DNA of 64,000 nt, from positions 142,014 through 206,013 of the forward strand of contig CAZAJQ010000001.1 in the NCBI GenBank assembly GCA_964485795.1. Reading direction: 5' to 3'. Source of the DNA: an uncultured Gammaproteobacteria bacterium (lineage in GTDB: Bacteria; Patescibacteriota; Patescibacteriia; VMEV01; CAZAJQ01). The stretch's first letter is position 1. Each line of letters begins with the position of its first letter. The position numbers and the translations under genes are program-made. The notes beneath the pieces were generated by a model, which ran no database searches, was not told the DNA's origin, and worked only from the letters and a program-made list of their open reading frames with translations. Below, in pieces: positions 28,068 through 36,658 of this stretch.

Positions 28068-28964
28068 TTACTGTGTATCGGTTAGAAAGCTGTACTTGAG
28101 CTTTCTTTTCATTTCTTGGGGAAAATTCAGCTTTTCCACCCCTTCAAAAAACACCCATGTCTGAACCAGCGCCACGATTGAGATAAGCTGCCTTTTTGAA
28201 GGTTTAACGTACCCGATTATTTTTGCAATATGAAGAATTTCTTCCAAAGAAATGTACCGCAAGACATTTTTCCCGGAAATTTCACCGTTGATCTTTTTTC
28301 CTATCGTCCGCAGGATGAACTCAATTTTTTTTTCGTGCATCACGTTCATAAGTTCCTGCATATGAACGGCAATAAAAAACAGATCATCGGCGTTCAGGGT
28401 CCCGTGTCGGATTCCACTTTTATCAAAGGCCAAAAATCTCTCGGCCAATTTCGCGTAGATCATGGCGCAAAGCATTTTCACCGATCCTTTGACGGGCTCG
28501 ATAAAGATTTTTTTCGCTGACATATCGAGTAAGGAATAAGTCATTTTTCCTTCCGAAATCATCATTTTCCCTCCTCCCATCGAAGACTTGCTCATCCATA
28601 CGATACGAAACGACTCTCCTTCCCGCTTGATCGAGAGAATTTCCGAGAAAAGTTCATTGCCTCCTTCGGCGCGGTAAAAATCAAAAAATCCAAGACGAGC
28701 ATACACTTGCCTCGTCAAATCATTGGTATCTCGATACTCGACGAAAATCTTCACCAGTTCCCGATTCAGGGCGCTCACTTCATCGGGCTTGCTTTCTTCG
28801 GTCACATACAGAGTATCTTCACCCTCCGGATAGCTTTTCAAAATAGCTTCCCAATCCGAAGTTTCCACTTTCTTTTTTTCTTTTCCTCCAAAAATCAAAC
28901 AGAGCAACGCAAGAACCGCTAACATCCCCATCACCCCCTGTTTCTGAGCTTCGTTTTGAAACAT
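28068..28964 (-). CDS. hypothetical membrane-anchored protein
   Basis: N-terminal transmembrane helix. No motifs. Confidence 0.45.
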   Translation of the reverse strand: MFQNEAQKQGVMGMLAVLALLCLIFGGKEKKKVETSDWEAILKSYPEGEDTLYVTEESKPDEVSALNRELVKIFVEYRDTNDLTRQVYARLGFFDFYRAEGGNELFSEILSIKREGESFRIVWMSKSSMGGGKMMISEGKMTYSLLDMSAKKIFIEPVKGSVKMLCAMIYAKLAERFLAFDKSGIRHGTLNADDLFFIAVHMQELMNVMHEKKIEFILRTIGKKINGEISGKNVLRYISLEEILHIAKIIGYVKPSKRQLISIVALVQTWVFFEGVEKLNFPQEMKRKLKYSFLTDTQ

Positions 28965-29120
28965 TAAAAAAATCCTTTTGCTGAAAAGATTCTAAAAAAG
29001 AGAACGAACATCGACAAAGAATCCATCTTTTTACCACACCATCAAATATGATGCAATAAACCGTCACGTCGTCGGCCGTAAATGGAAAACGTTTTGCGCA
29101 TCCATCGTCATCAGACCCTT

Positions 29121-30473
29121 TCAATAAATCAACGAAGGCATCTCCAATTTCAGTTTCTTGTGTATGAGAATTTCTTCGATATTGTAGGTTCCCATTTTGG
29201 GCGCGTAGAGGAAGCCTTCAAATGCGGCCTTGGCGAGCCAGCCGGAATCAAGCCAATCCATGAGCCATTCATCAGCATAGGTGGGGTCCTTTTGCGTGAT
29301 GCCCGCTCCCACGGCCTTGAGCCATTCGCGATTGAAATTTTCCTGAGCTCCGATGGATGGCGCCATGATGATGGGAATGCCCAGCCCCGAGTAAAATGAG
29401 AGCTCGGAAGGTTTCGTCCACAAAATATCGGTTTTTCGCAAAAGCGCGTTAAAAGCCGCAAAATACTTTTCCTTATCCGTGGCATAAAGAATATCCGCAC
29501 AATTTCCAAAGCACTTTTTCAACCCAGCGAATTCAAACGATTCGCGGAAAAAATGATACACTTCGTTTTTCACACCCGCCACAAGCACCAGTTTCATTTT
29601 TCCTTTGGCTATCAAATGCCGAAAACGATACACGAGCTCCCGACCCAATTCTCGCTGGGCTCCGGCTCCTCCGACCGCAAACGTCACGGTGAGGGGACGA
29701 TCGGGTTTTTTCATAAAAGAAGACAATCCAAGCTCGGTGGCCACCGTGTCTTTGTATTTGGAGAGAAACCTTTTTTGCGGATCGATGAGAAAGAGTCTTT
29801 CGGCAAGATCTTTTTTGAGTATCCGAAGATTTTTACCTCCGATATTTTCTTTTGGCAAGGGAAATCCGGTCAAAAAAATCTTGTTTCTCGGAACTCCATA
29901 CAGCTGCAAGCGCTTGACAACTCTTTCGGTGGGTGCAAAATACTGGATTCTGCTGCGTTTGGGATCCAAAGCCACCCATGCTCGGCTCATATCCGTATCG
30001 GTGACGATGCAATAGATCTCGCCCTGATACCCGAAATAATCGGCGGCCAAAGCCGTGACGAAAAACGTGGTGATCATCGGCAACGGCCGACGATTCATTT
30101 TTTCGACGAGACTTTTGAGCCAGCCTTTTTTCAGCAACCTATAAATGGCTCTCACCTGCATATTGGGTGCGGACAGGTCGCGCTGGGGATAAAAAGACGG
30201 TATGGACTGCAATCGGTCGAAAGCGTCAAACATCATTTCTCCGAAAAAAGGAACGCGTTTGAAACGCGATACAAATTCATAAAAACCGCGGCTTTGACGC
30301 CACAGCTTTTCATCCTTGGCGGTGATGCCTTCGTAATTGTTTGCGGTCAAGACTTCATCGAGCGCAAGGTAACGCAGCGGGTGTGCGGCTCTTTCATGCC
30401 CGTACCCCATATCCGCCGAAACGATCCATGCGAGATTTTTTTTTGTTTTGACAGTGGTGTGCGCACCGGACAT
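29121..30473 (-). CDS. GT-B glycosyltransferase, MGDG-synthase/UgtP-like (GT28 family)
   Basis: N-terminal (S)ADMGYGHERAA resembles the GxGH motif of UgtP/MGD. The C-terminal half carries a nucleotide-sugar-binding motif (FAVGGAGAQ). Confidence 0.5.
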   Translation of the reverse strand: MSGAHTTVKTKKNLAWIVSADMGYGHERAAHPLRYLALDEVLTANNYEGITAKDEKLWRQSRGFYEFVSRFKRVPFFGEMMFDAFDRLQSIPSFYPQRDLSAPNMQVRAIYRLLKKGWLKSLVEKMNRRPLPMITTFFVTALAADYFGYQGEIYCIVTDTDMSRAWVALDPKRSRIQYFAPTERVVKRLQLYGVPRNKIFLTGFPLPKENIGGKNLRILKKDLAERLFLIDPQKRFLSKYKDTVATELGLSSFMKKPDRPLTVTFAVGGAGAQRELGRELVYRFRHLIAKGKMKLVLVAGVKNEVYHFFRESFEFAGLKKCFGNCADILYATDKEKYFAAFNALLRKTDILWTKPSELSFYSGLGIPIIMAPSIGAQENFNREWLKAVGAGITQKDPTYADEWLMDWLDSGWLAKAAFEGFLYAPKMGTYNIEEILIHKKLKLEMPSLIY

Positions 30474-30508
30474 ACGTTCACTTTTTTTCTTAGTATAACA
30501 CAGAAGAT

Positions 30509-30538
30509 AGTACTCAGTACTCAGTGCTCAGTAGTCAG
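30509..30538 (+). repeat. heptamer tandem repeat (TACTCAG)x4
   Basis: AGTACTCAGTACTCAGTGCTCAGTAGTCAG between the glycosyltransferase start and the glyS stop. The same heptamer array occurs at 40077 and 51313. Confidence 0.75.
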
Positions 30539-30540
30539 CA

Positions 30541-30571
30541 AAAAAAAACGACCTTTTTAGATCGTTTTTTT
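30541..30571 (-). terminator. putative bidirectional terminator downstream of glyS
   Basis: A-run, then an AACGA...TCGTT hairpin, then a T-run (AAAAAAAACGACCTTTTTAGATCGTTTTTTT). Confidence 0.4.
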
Positions 30572-30600
30572 CAAAATTCATGTTCCATCGTCTCCTCCGC

Positions 30601-31968
30601 TCATATCCCAAACTTCTCGTCAAAATACTTTCCTATTTCCGCGACGTTCACACGTTCCTGTTTCATGGAATCTCGCTCACGGACGGTCATGGCATGATCA
30701 TCGAGGCTTTCAAAATCCACGGTGATGCAATAGGGCGTGCCGATCTCGTCTTGTCGCCGATAACGTTTTCCGATCGATCCGGTTTCGTCGTAAACCGTCA
30801 TAAATCCGGATTTCAAAGAGTCAAAAATATCTTTCGCGAGTTTTTGGAGAGCCGGTTTCTTTGAAAGGGGTAAAACGGCCGCCTTCACCGGCGCCAAGGC
30901 GGGGTGAAGCCGCAAAACGACTTCCGACTCTTTGACCGCATCCTCACCCCGACCGCCGGAAATTTCTTCATAGGCGTTCATGAGATGAAAAAGAACGGCG
31001 CGATCCACGCCGACGGAAGTCTCTATGATCCATGGAATATATTTTTCGCCGGTCCGCTGGTCGCGATACGAAAGGTCTTTGCCAGAATATTGCGAATGTC
31101 GCGACAGATCCCAATCTCCACGGTTGTGTATGCCTTCAAATTCCTTCCATCCAAACGACGATGAAAATTCGATATCGCAAGCGGCCTTTGCATAATGCGC
31201 CCTTTCATTGGGAGCATGATCGCGAAAACGAATCGACTCCGGTTTGAATCCCAAAACTTTATGCCATCGCATCCTTTTTTCTTTCCAAAGTTCAAAAAAT
31301 TTCTGCGCCTCATCCGGATGCACGAAATATTGCATTTCCATTTGTTCGAATTCTCTCATGCGAAAGATGAAGTTGCCCGGGGTGATTTCATTGCGAAACG
31401 CTTTGCCGACTTGCGCGATGCCAAAAGGGAGCGATTTATGCGTGGTATCCACAATGTTTTGAAAATTTACATAGATTCCCTGACAGGTTTCTCCGCGCAA
31501 ATACGCAAGCGAAGCCGTATCTTCCACCGGACCCACCGATGTTCTCATCAGCAGATTAAAATCGCGCGGAACGCCGAAATCTCCCCCGCATTCGGGGCAT
31601 GATATTTTTTTCACGGCTTCTTTCGGATCCGACGCAAGCATCTCGGGATCCATGCCCTGTTTTTCGAGCAAATGATCCGCTCGGAATCTTTTATGGCATT
31701 TTTTGCACTCCACCAGCGGATCGGAAAAATTCTCGACATGTCCGGACGCTTCCCATACCTTGGGATGCATCAGAATGGATGCGTCCAACCCGACGATGTC
31801 GGCGTTTTCATACACCATCGAGCGCCACCAAAGTTTTTTCAAATTATTCTTCAGCTCCACCCCCAAAGGCCCGAAATCATAACACGAAGCAAAGCCTCCA
31901 TAAATTTCGGAAGACGGAAATACAAATCCGCGCCTTTTGGCAAGATTGACTATTTTTTCTAGAGACAT
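30601..31968 (-). CDS. glyQS: glycine--tRNA ligase (dimeric class II, GlyQS type)
   Basis: N-terminus RRGFVFPSSEIYGGFASCYDFGPLG, class II motifs and a C-terminal anticodon-binding domain. 455 aa. Confidence 0.9.
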   Translation of the reverse strand: MSLEKIVNLAKRRGFVFPSSEIYGGFASCYDFGPLGVELKNNLKKLWWRSMVYENADIVGLDASILMHPKVWEASGHVENFSDPLVECKKCHKRFRADHLLEKQGMDPEMLASDPKEAVKKISCPECGGDFGVPRDFNLLMRTSVGPVEDTASLAYLRGETCQGIYVNFQNIVDTTHKSLPFGIAQVGKAFRNEITPGNFIFRMREFEQMEMQYFVHPDEAQKFFELWKEKRMRWHKVLGFKPESIRFRDHAPNERAHYAKAACDIEFSSSFGWKEFEGIHNRGDWDLSRHSQYSGKDLSYRDQRTGEKYIPWIIETSVGVDRAVLFHLMNAYEEISGGRGEDAVKESEVVLRLHPALAPVKAAVLPLSKKPALQKLAKDIFDSLKSGFMTVYDETGSIGKRYRRQDEIGTPYCITVDFESLDDHAMTVRERDSMKQERVNVAEIGKYFDEKFGI

Positions 31969-32014
31969 ACACGATCGATATTTGAGATGAAAAAAAATTC
32001 CCCGCGAGGGCGGC

Positions 32015-33946
32015 TCACATCCTTTCCGGAGCTTCTATGCCAAGGATGGCAAGCCCGTTTTTGAGCACTTGAGCCGCTCCGGCGATAAGAAGCGTTCTCG
32101 ATTTTCGAACCTTGACATCCGGCGCTTTCAGAATCGCACAACGATCATAAAACGTATTCAGAGCCGACGCAAGGTCTATCAAATAGGCGTACACCAGATG
32201 CGGATGCACCTTTTCGCAGGACGACGCCACGACTTCCGGAAAAAGACGCAGTTTCCGAAGCACATTTTTCTCGAAAATGTCGGAGCAAACGAAATCCGAC
32301 TTCACGTCTGAAGAGGAAAAACGTTCTTTTGATTTTTTTAAAATACCATGAATCCTTGCATGAGTATATTGAATATAAGGCCCGGAATCGCCGGTCATCT
32401 GCAAGGCTTCTTCGGTGTCAAAAACCACCTCTTGCCGAGGATTGGCCTTGAGCATATAGGCTCGCAAAGCCGCATTGGCTATCGAAAATGAAGAAGCACT
32501 TTCGCCTTCGACAGATTCGCCTGTCGATTTTTTGTGTTCGACGGTCTTGATCAGCAAATCAAAGAGATCATCCACTTTCACGCCGATGCCCTTTCGCCCG
32601 GACATGGTATAGGCCTTCTTTTCGTCGGTGATATCCATGCCGATTTTTTTGAGAGTCGCTTGCGAAAGCGTCACCACTCCATAGGAAACATGGTGCAAAG
32701 CCGCGGCCTCTTTTTCATATCCCATTTTCATCAACGCCGAACGGATGACCGATTGCGGATATGCTTGCCGCTCATCAACGACCGTAAAGGCAATGTCGGC
32801 ATTTCCCCATTCGGACATGGTTTCACCCTTTGCGGAAGTTTTATAAATGTATTTACCGTTTTTTTGTTTCAAGAACGGTTCATAACGAAAATCCGCTTTC
32901 GCCAAACCGAATTTCCAGAGATGGTAGGCCAGATCTTTGGCCGTATAGACGATATTCCCGCCCGAAGTGACCAAAACCTTATCGGGATTTTCCATGTTTT
33001 CCGCGTTCTTCATTTCAATGTTTTTCATCACCCAGCATCCCTTGTTTTTCCCTTCGGTTTCGAGACTGATATGACCATCTTTTTTCAATATTTCAAAAAC
33101 GATTTCCCAAAGCCCGGTACGTAAAATCGCGCTTTCGCAGAAAAAAACATCATAGAAAACATCAAAATTCGACAATGTTTGCTCATGATCGAAAAGAATC
33201 TTTTTCACCACGTTTTCGGCATATTCGGCCGTCGCATCGCTCCCCCGCTCCAGAGACGCAAGGATTTCTCTTTGTTCTTTTTTCAAATCCGGATTTTCTT
33301 CATACGCTTTCTGAATGGCCGTGTACAGATCCCAGCAATAATGGTCAAACTTCTGATGCGCTTTTGGGGGGCGATCAGCAAAATGTCTGAGTGCCAAAAC
33401 AATATCCGCCACTTGAACGCCGGTGTCGTCAATATAATTATGAACTTCCACGGTATACCCGTTTTTTCGCAACAGATGAGACAGGGAATCACCCAAAAAG
33501 GCATTCCGTATATGCCCGACATGCATGGCCTTGTTCGGATTCACCGAGGTATGCTCGACGATGGCCTTTTTTCCTTTTCCAAAATCATTGTCTCCGTATT
33601 GATCTTTGGCTTCAAGGATACGGTGCAGCTCACGAACAAGATAGCCGTCCGAAAGCGTAAAATTGATGAATCCGGGGCGTTTGGCTTCGATGCTGGAAAA
33701 TATGGCATCGAAGTCTTCACCCTTGAGCGCCTTCATACTGGCGATAAGTATATCGGCTATTTCCATTGCAGGTTTTTTTGCTTTTTCCACGCAAACCATG
33801 GCAATATTGGAAGCATAGTCGCCGAAATCTCCCACATTGGGTCTTTCCACGGTGATCGGTAAAGCATCAAAATCCGGCAACCTCTGCTCCTTTTGCGCCG
33901 ATAATAAAGCTTTCAGCAGATATTCTCGTATTTTTCCTCGAATCAT
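32015..33946 (-). CDS. argS: arginine--tRNA ligase
   Basis: N-terminal Arg_tRNA_synt_N-like region (GDYASNIAM, GFINFTL), HIGH-type motif (AMHVGHIRNAFLGD) and a C-terminal DALR-like anticodon-binding domain. Confidence 0.85.
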   Translation of the reverse strand: MIRGKIREYLLKALLSAQKEQRLPDFDALPITVERPNVGDFGDYASNIAMVCVEKAKKPAMEIADILIASMKALKGEDFDAIFSSIEAKRPGFINFTLSDGYLVRELHRILEAKDQYGDNDFGKGKKAIVEHTSVNPNKAMHVGHIRNAFLGDSLSHLLRKNGYTVEVHNYIDDTGVQVADIVLALRHFADRPPKAHQKFDHYCWDLYTAIQKAYEENPDLKKEQREILASLERGSDATAEYAENVVKKILFDHEQTLSNFDVFYDVFFCESAILRTGLWEIVFEILKKDGHISLETEGKNKGCWVMKNIEMKNAENMENPDKVLVTSGGNIVYTAKDLAYHLWKFGLAKADFRYEPFLKQKNGKYIYKTSAKGETMSEWGNADIAFTVVDERQAYPQSVIRSALMKMGYEKEAAALHHVSYGVVTLSQATLKKIGMDITDEKKAYTMSGRKGIGVKVDDLFDLLIKTVEHKKSTGESVEGESASSFSIANAALRAYMLKANPRQEVVFDTEEALQMTGDSGPYIQYTHARIHGILKKSKERFSSSDVKSDFVCSDIFEKNVLRKLRLFPEVVASSCEKVHPHLVYAYLIDLASALNTFYDRCAILKAPDVKVRKSRTLLIAGAAQVLKNGLAILGIEAPERM

Positions 33947-34018
33947 AGAAAAACTTCAAAGCCGTTCGTATCATCAACGTACACAATCTTTCCATGCCTT
34001 GGCAAGCCTCCTTACCCT

Positions 34019-34471
34019 ATGTCCATTCTCGCGGTCAACAAAAGAGCCCGTTATGATTATGAAATCCTTGAAACTCTTCAGGCCGGTTTGGCATTGCTCG
34101 GCCACGAGGTGAAATCAGCAAAATTGGGGCAAGTGAGTCTGAAAGGATCATATGTGACGATCCGAAACAACGAAGCCTATCTTCTCAATGCCCATATCGC
34201 GGCATATCGTTTTGCGTCACCCCTTGTCTCCTTGGATCCGGTGCGTACGAGAAAGCTCCTGCTCAAAAAATCCGAAATAAAAAAACTCATCGGCAAACAA
34301 AAAGAAAAAGGTCTTTCGCTTATTCCGATAAAGCTTTACACAAAAAAAAACCTTATCAAACTAGAGTACGGAGTCGGAAAGGGAATGAAAAAAAGCGATA
34401 AAAGCGAACGCAGCAAAAAAAGAAAAACCAACAACAACATCCGCCGGGAGATGAGTGTACGGAGGCGGTAA
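34019..34471 (+). CDS. smpB: SsrA-binding protein SmpB
   Basis: Strong match to the SmpB fold (ARYDYEILETLQAGLALLGHEVKS ... LLNAHIAAY ... RTRKLLLKKSEI) and a basic C-terminal tail. Confidence 0.9.
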   Translation: MSILAVNKRARYDYEILETLQAGLALLGHEVKSAKLGQVSLKGSYVTIRNNEAYLLNAHIAAYRFASPLVSLDPVRTRKLLLKKSEIKKLIGKQKEKGLSLIPIKLYTKKNLIKLEYGVGKGMKKSDKSERSKKRKTNNNIRREMSVRRR

Positions 34472-34785
34472 AAAGAGCCCGCCCTCCGTCATCCTCCGCT
34501 TACCGCCAAAGCCCTCCCCCCTTCTACGAATACGTGCGCTTGCCGCGAAGCCCCCCCCTCCGTCATCCTCCGCTGCGCTACGGATGACACCTCCCCTTGT
34601 CCAAGGGGAGGATAGAGTACGAAAGAGTTTCCTCCCCTTACACAAGGGGAGGTGCCCGAAGGGCGGAGGGGTGAGCTCCGTCGATAGGTGAAGCAGTTCC
34701 GCGAAGAGCGGAGGCCTGCCATCCAAAGTCTGCCTCAGACAGGGACAGTCTTGGGATGGTTGACTTTCCTCCCCTCTCCCTGTAT
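34472..34785 (+). repeat. GC-rich structured repeat cluster (family G), copy 1, between smpB and ssrA
   Basis: Contains hairpins CTCCCCTT(GTCC/ACAC)AAGGGGAG and GCCCGAAGGGC, and the GGAGGGGTGAGCTCCG module shared with loci at 55.4 kb and 61.4 kb. GC content is far above the local average. Confidence 0.8.
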
Positions 34786-34841
34786 AGTTTCCTTAATAAG
34801 CGCTGTGCTTATTGTTTTTTTTCGTTTCCTTGGAAACATTC

Positions 34842-35238
34842 GGGGATGTTTGGATTTGACGGAATGACTCGATAGGTTTCTATGCAAGACGAGCTCGCCA
34901 TGATGCTCGCAAATCTCCGTGGCACATTATAAGTGCAAACTTATTCGCAAAAGCAAAAGATGCCGTGAAAACTTTTTTTGCGGTACCAAGCTTCAGCATG
35001 GCTATTGCCTAAACGCATCGGCCCATCGCGGCTTTTGAGGATTCATAAGGAGCCCGCGGTGCAATATTCATGAATCTCAGGAAATATGTTCGTCACGCCA
35101 TATTCTCCGAAAATTTTGTGACTGTGATGCGGTCGTTTTGCTTTCTTTCTCAGATCGCATCAAGAATGAAAGAAAGCTACTCTTGAAGAAATAGAATTCT
35201 ATCCATTCCAGACGCGGGTTCGATTCCCGCCATCTCCA
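34842..35238 (+). ncRNA. ssrA: tmRNA (ssrA)
   Basis: 5' end GGGGATGTTTGGATTTGACGG closely parallels E. coli GGGGCTGATTCTGGATTCGACGG. 3' tRNA-like domain GGACGCGGGTTCGATTCCCGCCATCTCCA (T-arm plus acceptor 3' strand pairing with the 5' GGGGATG). Candidate tag frame from resume codon GCA at 34935 (preceded by AUAAGU, like E. coli AUAGUC) to TAA at 35010: ANLFAKAKDAVKTFFAVPSFSMAIA. A shorter tag AVPSFSMAIA is an alternative. Confidence 0.8.
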
Positions 35239-35282
35239 TTTTTCGCTCTTCGACGAAGAAGGGCTTTATAAATACTTTATCC

Positions 35283-35852
35283 ATGCGAAAAACTTTCCGT
35301 CGAAAAAAATTTGAAAAAATCGACTTGGAATACCGCGCCAATGAACAGATTCGCGTACCTGAAGTGCGCGTGATCGACGACAAAAACGAAATGATCGGCG
35401 TGATGGACACCAAGAAAGCCATTGAGATGGCTTATGATCGTCAAATGGATCTCGTGGAAGTGTTTCCCAAAGCGGTTCCTCCGGTGGTGAAATTTTTGGA
35501 TTACGGGAGCTTCAAATACAAAAGGGAAAAACTCAAACAAAAACAAAAGCAAAAGATGAAAAAGATTGACATCAAAAGCATCCGTCTCACCATACGCATG
35601 AGCGAGCATGATGAAAATATCCGACTGGATCAGGCCATCAAGTTCATCGAAAAAGGACAAAAAGTAAAGGTTGAAATTGCGCTCAAAGGTCGAGAACATA
35701 TGCTGTCAGCGCAAGCCGCAGAAAAAATCAATCGTTTTATGGATAAACTCAAAAAATCCAACGAAGTCTTTGACATCGTCATCGAGTCACCGCTCAAAAA
35801 AATGGGAGGCAAATTCACCGTCGTATTTTACAACAAGGATTCAACCGTTTAA
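35283..35852 (+). CDS. infC: translation initiation factor IF-3
   Basis: Clear IF3 N- and C-domain similarity (IRVPEVRVIDDKNEMIGVM ... KIDIKSIRLTIRMSEHD ... VKVEIALKGRE). The true start may be a non-ATG codon upstream. Confidence 0.85.
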   Translation: MRKTFRRKKFEKIDLEYRANEQIRVPEVRVIDDKNEMIGVMDTKKAIEMAYDRQMDLVEVFPKAVPPVVKFLDYGSFKYKREKLKQKQKQKMKKIDIKSIRLTIRMSEHDENIRLDQAIKFIEKGQKVKVEIALKGREHMLSAQAAEKINRFMDKLKKSNEVFDIVIESPLKKMGGKFTVVFYNKDSTV

Positions 35853-35868
35853 TATTTTATTCACGCGT

Positions 35869-36063
35869 ATGGGAAAATTGAAATCGAAAAAAACCATTAC
35901 CGGAAGATTCCGCGTCACCAAAACCGGAAAATTGATGAAAAAAGTCGCTGGACAAAGTCATTTTAACGCCCGAGAGAGCGGAAAAGTCGGTCGCGCCAAA
36001 CGCCGTGATTTTGCCATAGCGGCGGTGGAGCAAAAGCAGCTCAAAAGATTCATTCATCTTTAA
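35869..36063 (+). CDS. rpmI: 50S ribosomal protein L35
   Basis: MGKLKSKKTITGRFRVTKTGKLMKK... is the canonical L35 sequence. Position in the infC-rpmI-rplT operon. Confidence 0.85.
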   Translation: MGKLKSKKTITGRFRVTKTGKLMKKVAGQSHFNARESGKVGRAKRRDFAIAAVEQKQLKRFIHL

Positions 36064-36103
36064 AAATCCGGATTATTTTTTTTACCGTCAATCTATCAAT
36101 CAT

Positions 36104-36454
36104 ATGCCTCGAGTCAAACGTGGAAAGACACATGTCAAAAGACGCCGAAATATCCTCAAAGCCGCCAAAGGCTTCAAATGGGGACGTAAAAAGCTTATTC
36201 GTCAGGCAAAAACCGCCATTACCAAGGCCGGCGTCTATGCTTACAAGGATCGCAGAAAGAAAAAGCGCAATTTCAAAAATCTTTGGTTGATACGCATCAA
36301 TGCCGCATTGCGAGAAAAGCATGATTTGAATTATTCAAAATTCATGCATTTGCTCAAACAAAAAAATATCAGCCTCAACAAAAAAATGCTTGCGGAATGC
36401 GCCTTGGAGCATCCGGCCGTTTTTGATAAGATTGTGGAGAAGGCCAAGTCGTAA
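36104..36454 (+). CDS. rplT: 50S ribosomal protein L20
   Basis: MPRVKRGKTHVKRRRNILKAAKGF... is the canonical L20 sequence. Confidence 0.9.
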   Translation: MPRVKRGKTHVKRRRNILKAAKGFKWGRKKLIRQAKTAITKAGVYAYKDRRKKKRNFKNLWLIRINAALREKHDLNYSKFMHLLKQKNISLNKKMLAECALEHPAVFDKIVEKAKS

Positions 36455-36466
36455 AAGGATAGTCTC

Positions 36467-36490
36467 GGGGCGTTTGTACGCCCCTTTTTT
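36467..36490 (+). terminator. rho-independent terminator after rplT
   Basis: GGGGCG TTTGTA CGCCCC followed by TTTTTT. Confidence 0.7.
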
Positions 36491-36514
36491 CCATACTTTT
36501 TTTCTCACCACATC

Positions 36515-36588
36515 GGGCCGGTAGTTCAATTGGTTAGAGCGCCGCCCTGTCACGGCGGAGGTTGCGGGTTCGATCCCCGTCCGGCCCG
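36515..36588 (+). tRNA. tRNA-Asp (anticodon GTC)
   Basis: Cloverleaf: acceptor GGGCCGG/CCGGCCC, D-arm GTTC..GAGC, anticodon loop CTGTCAC, T-arm GCGGG TTCGATC CCCGT, discriminator G. Confidence 0.85.
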
Positions 36589-36658
36589 ATGTGGTTGAGA
36601 AGGATCGCTGAAGCAAGCAGCTGTGCCCTCCGAAGCCTCAATACATAAAGATGATTCC

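Noticed and set aside
34455-34691. ORF-track ORFs 34455..34691, 34489..34722, 55362..55649, 55511..55762, 61586..61855 and 61629..61859 as protein-coding genes
   Set aside because: They lie entirely within the GC-rich structured repeats. Their conservation is at the nucleotide and secondary-structure level (compensatory stem changes), and the translations are low-complexity Pro/Gly/Arg strings produced by the GC bias.
36335-36616. 93 aa minus-strand ORF
   Set aside because: It overlaps tRNA-Asp and the rplT terminator on the opposite strand. It is an artefact of the GC-rich tRNA sequence.
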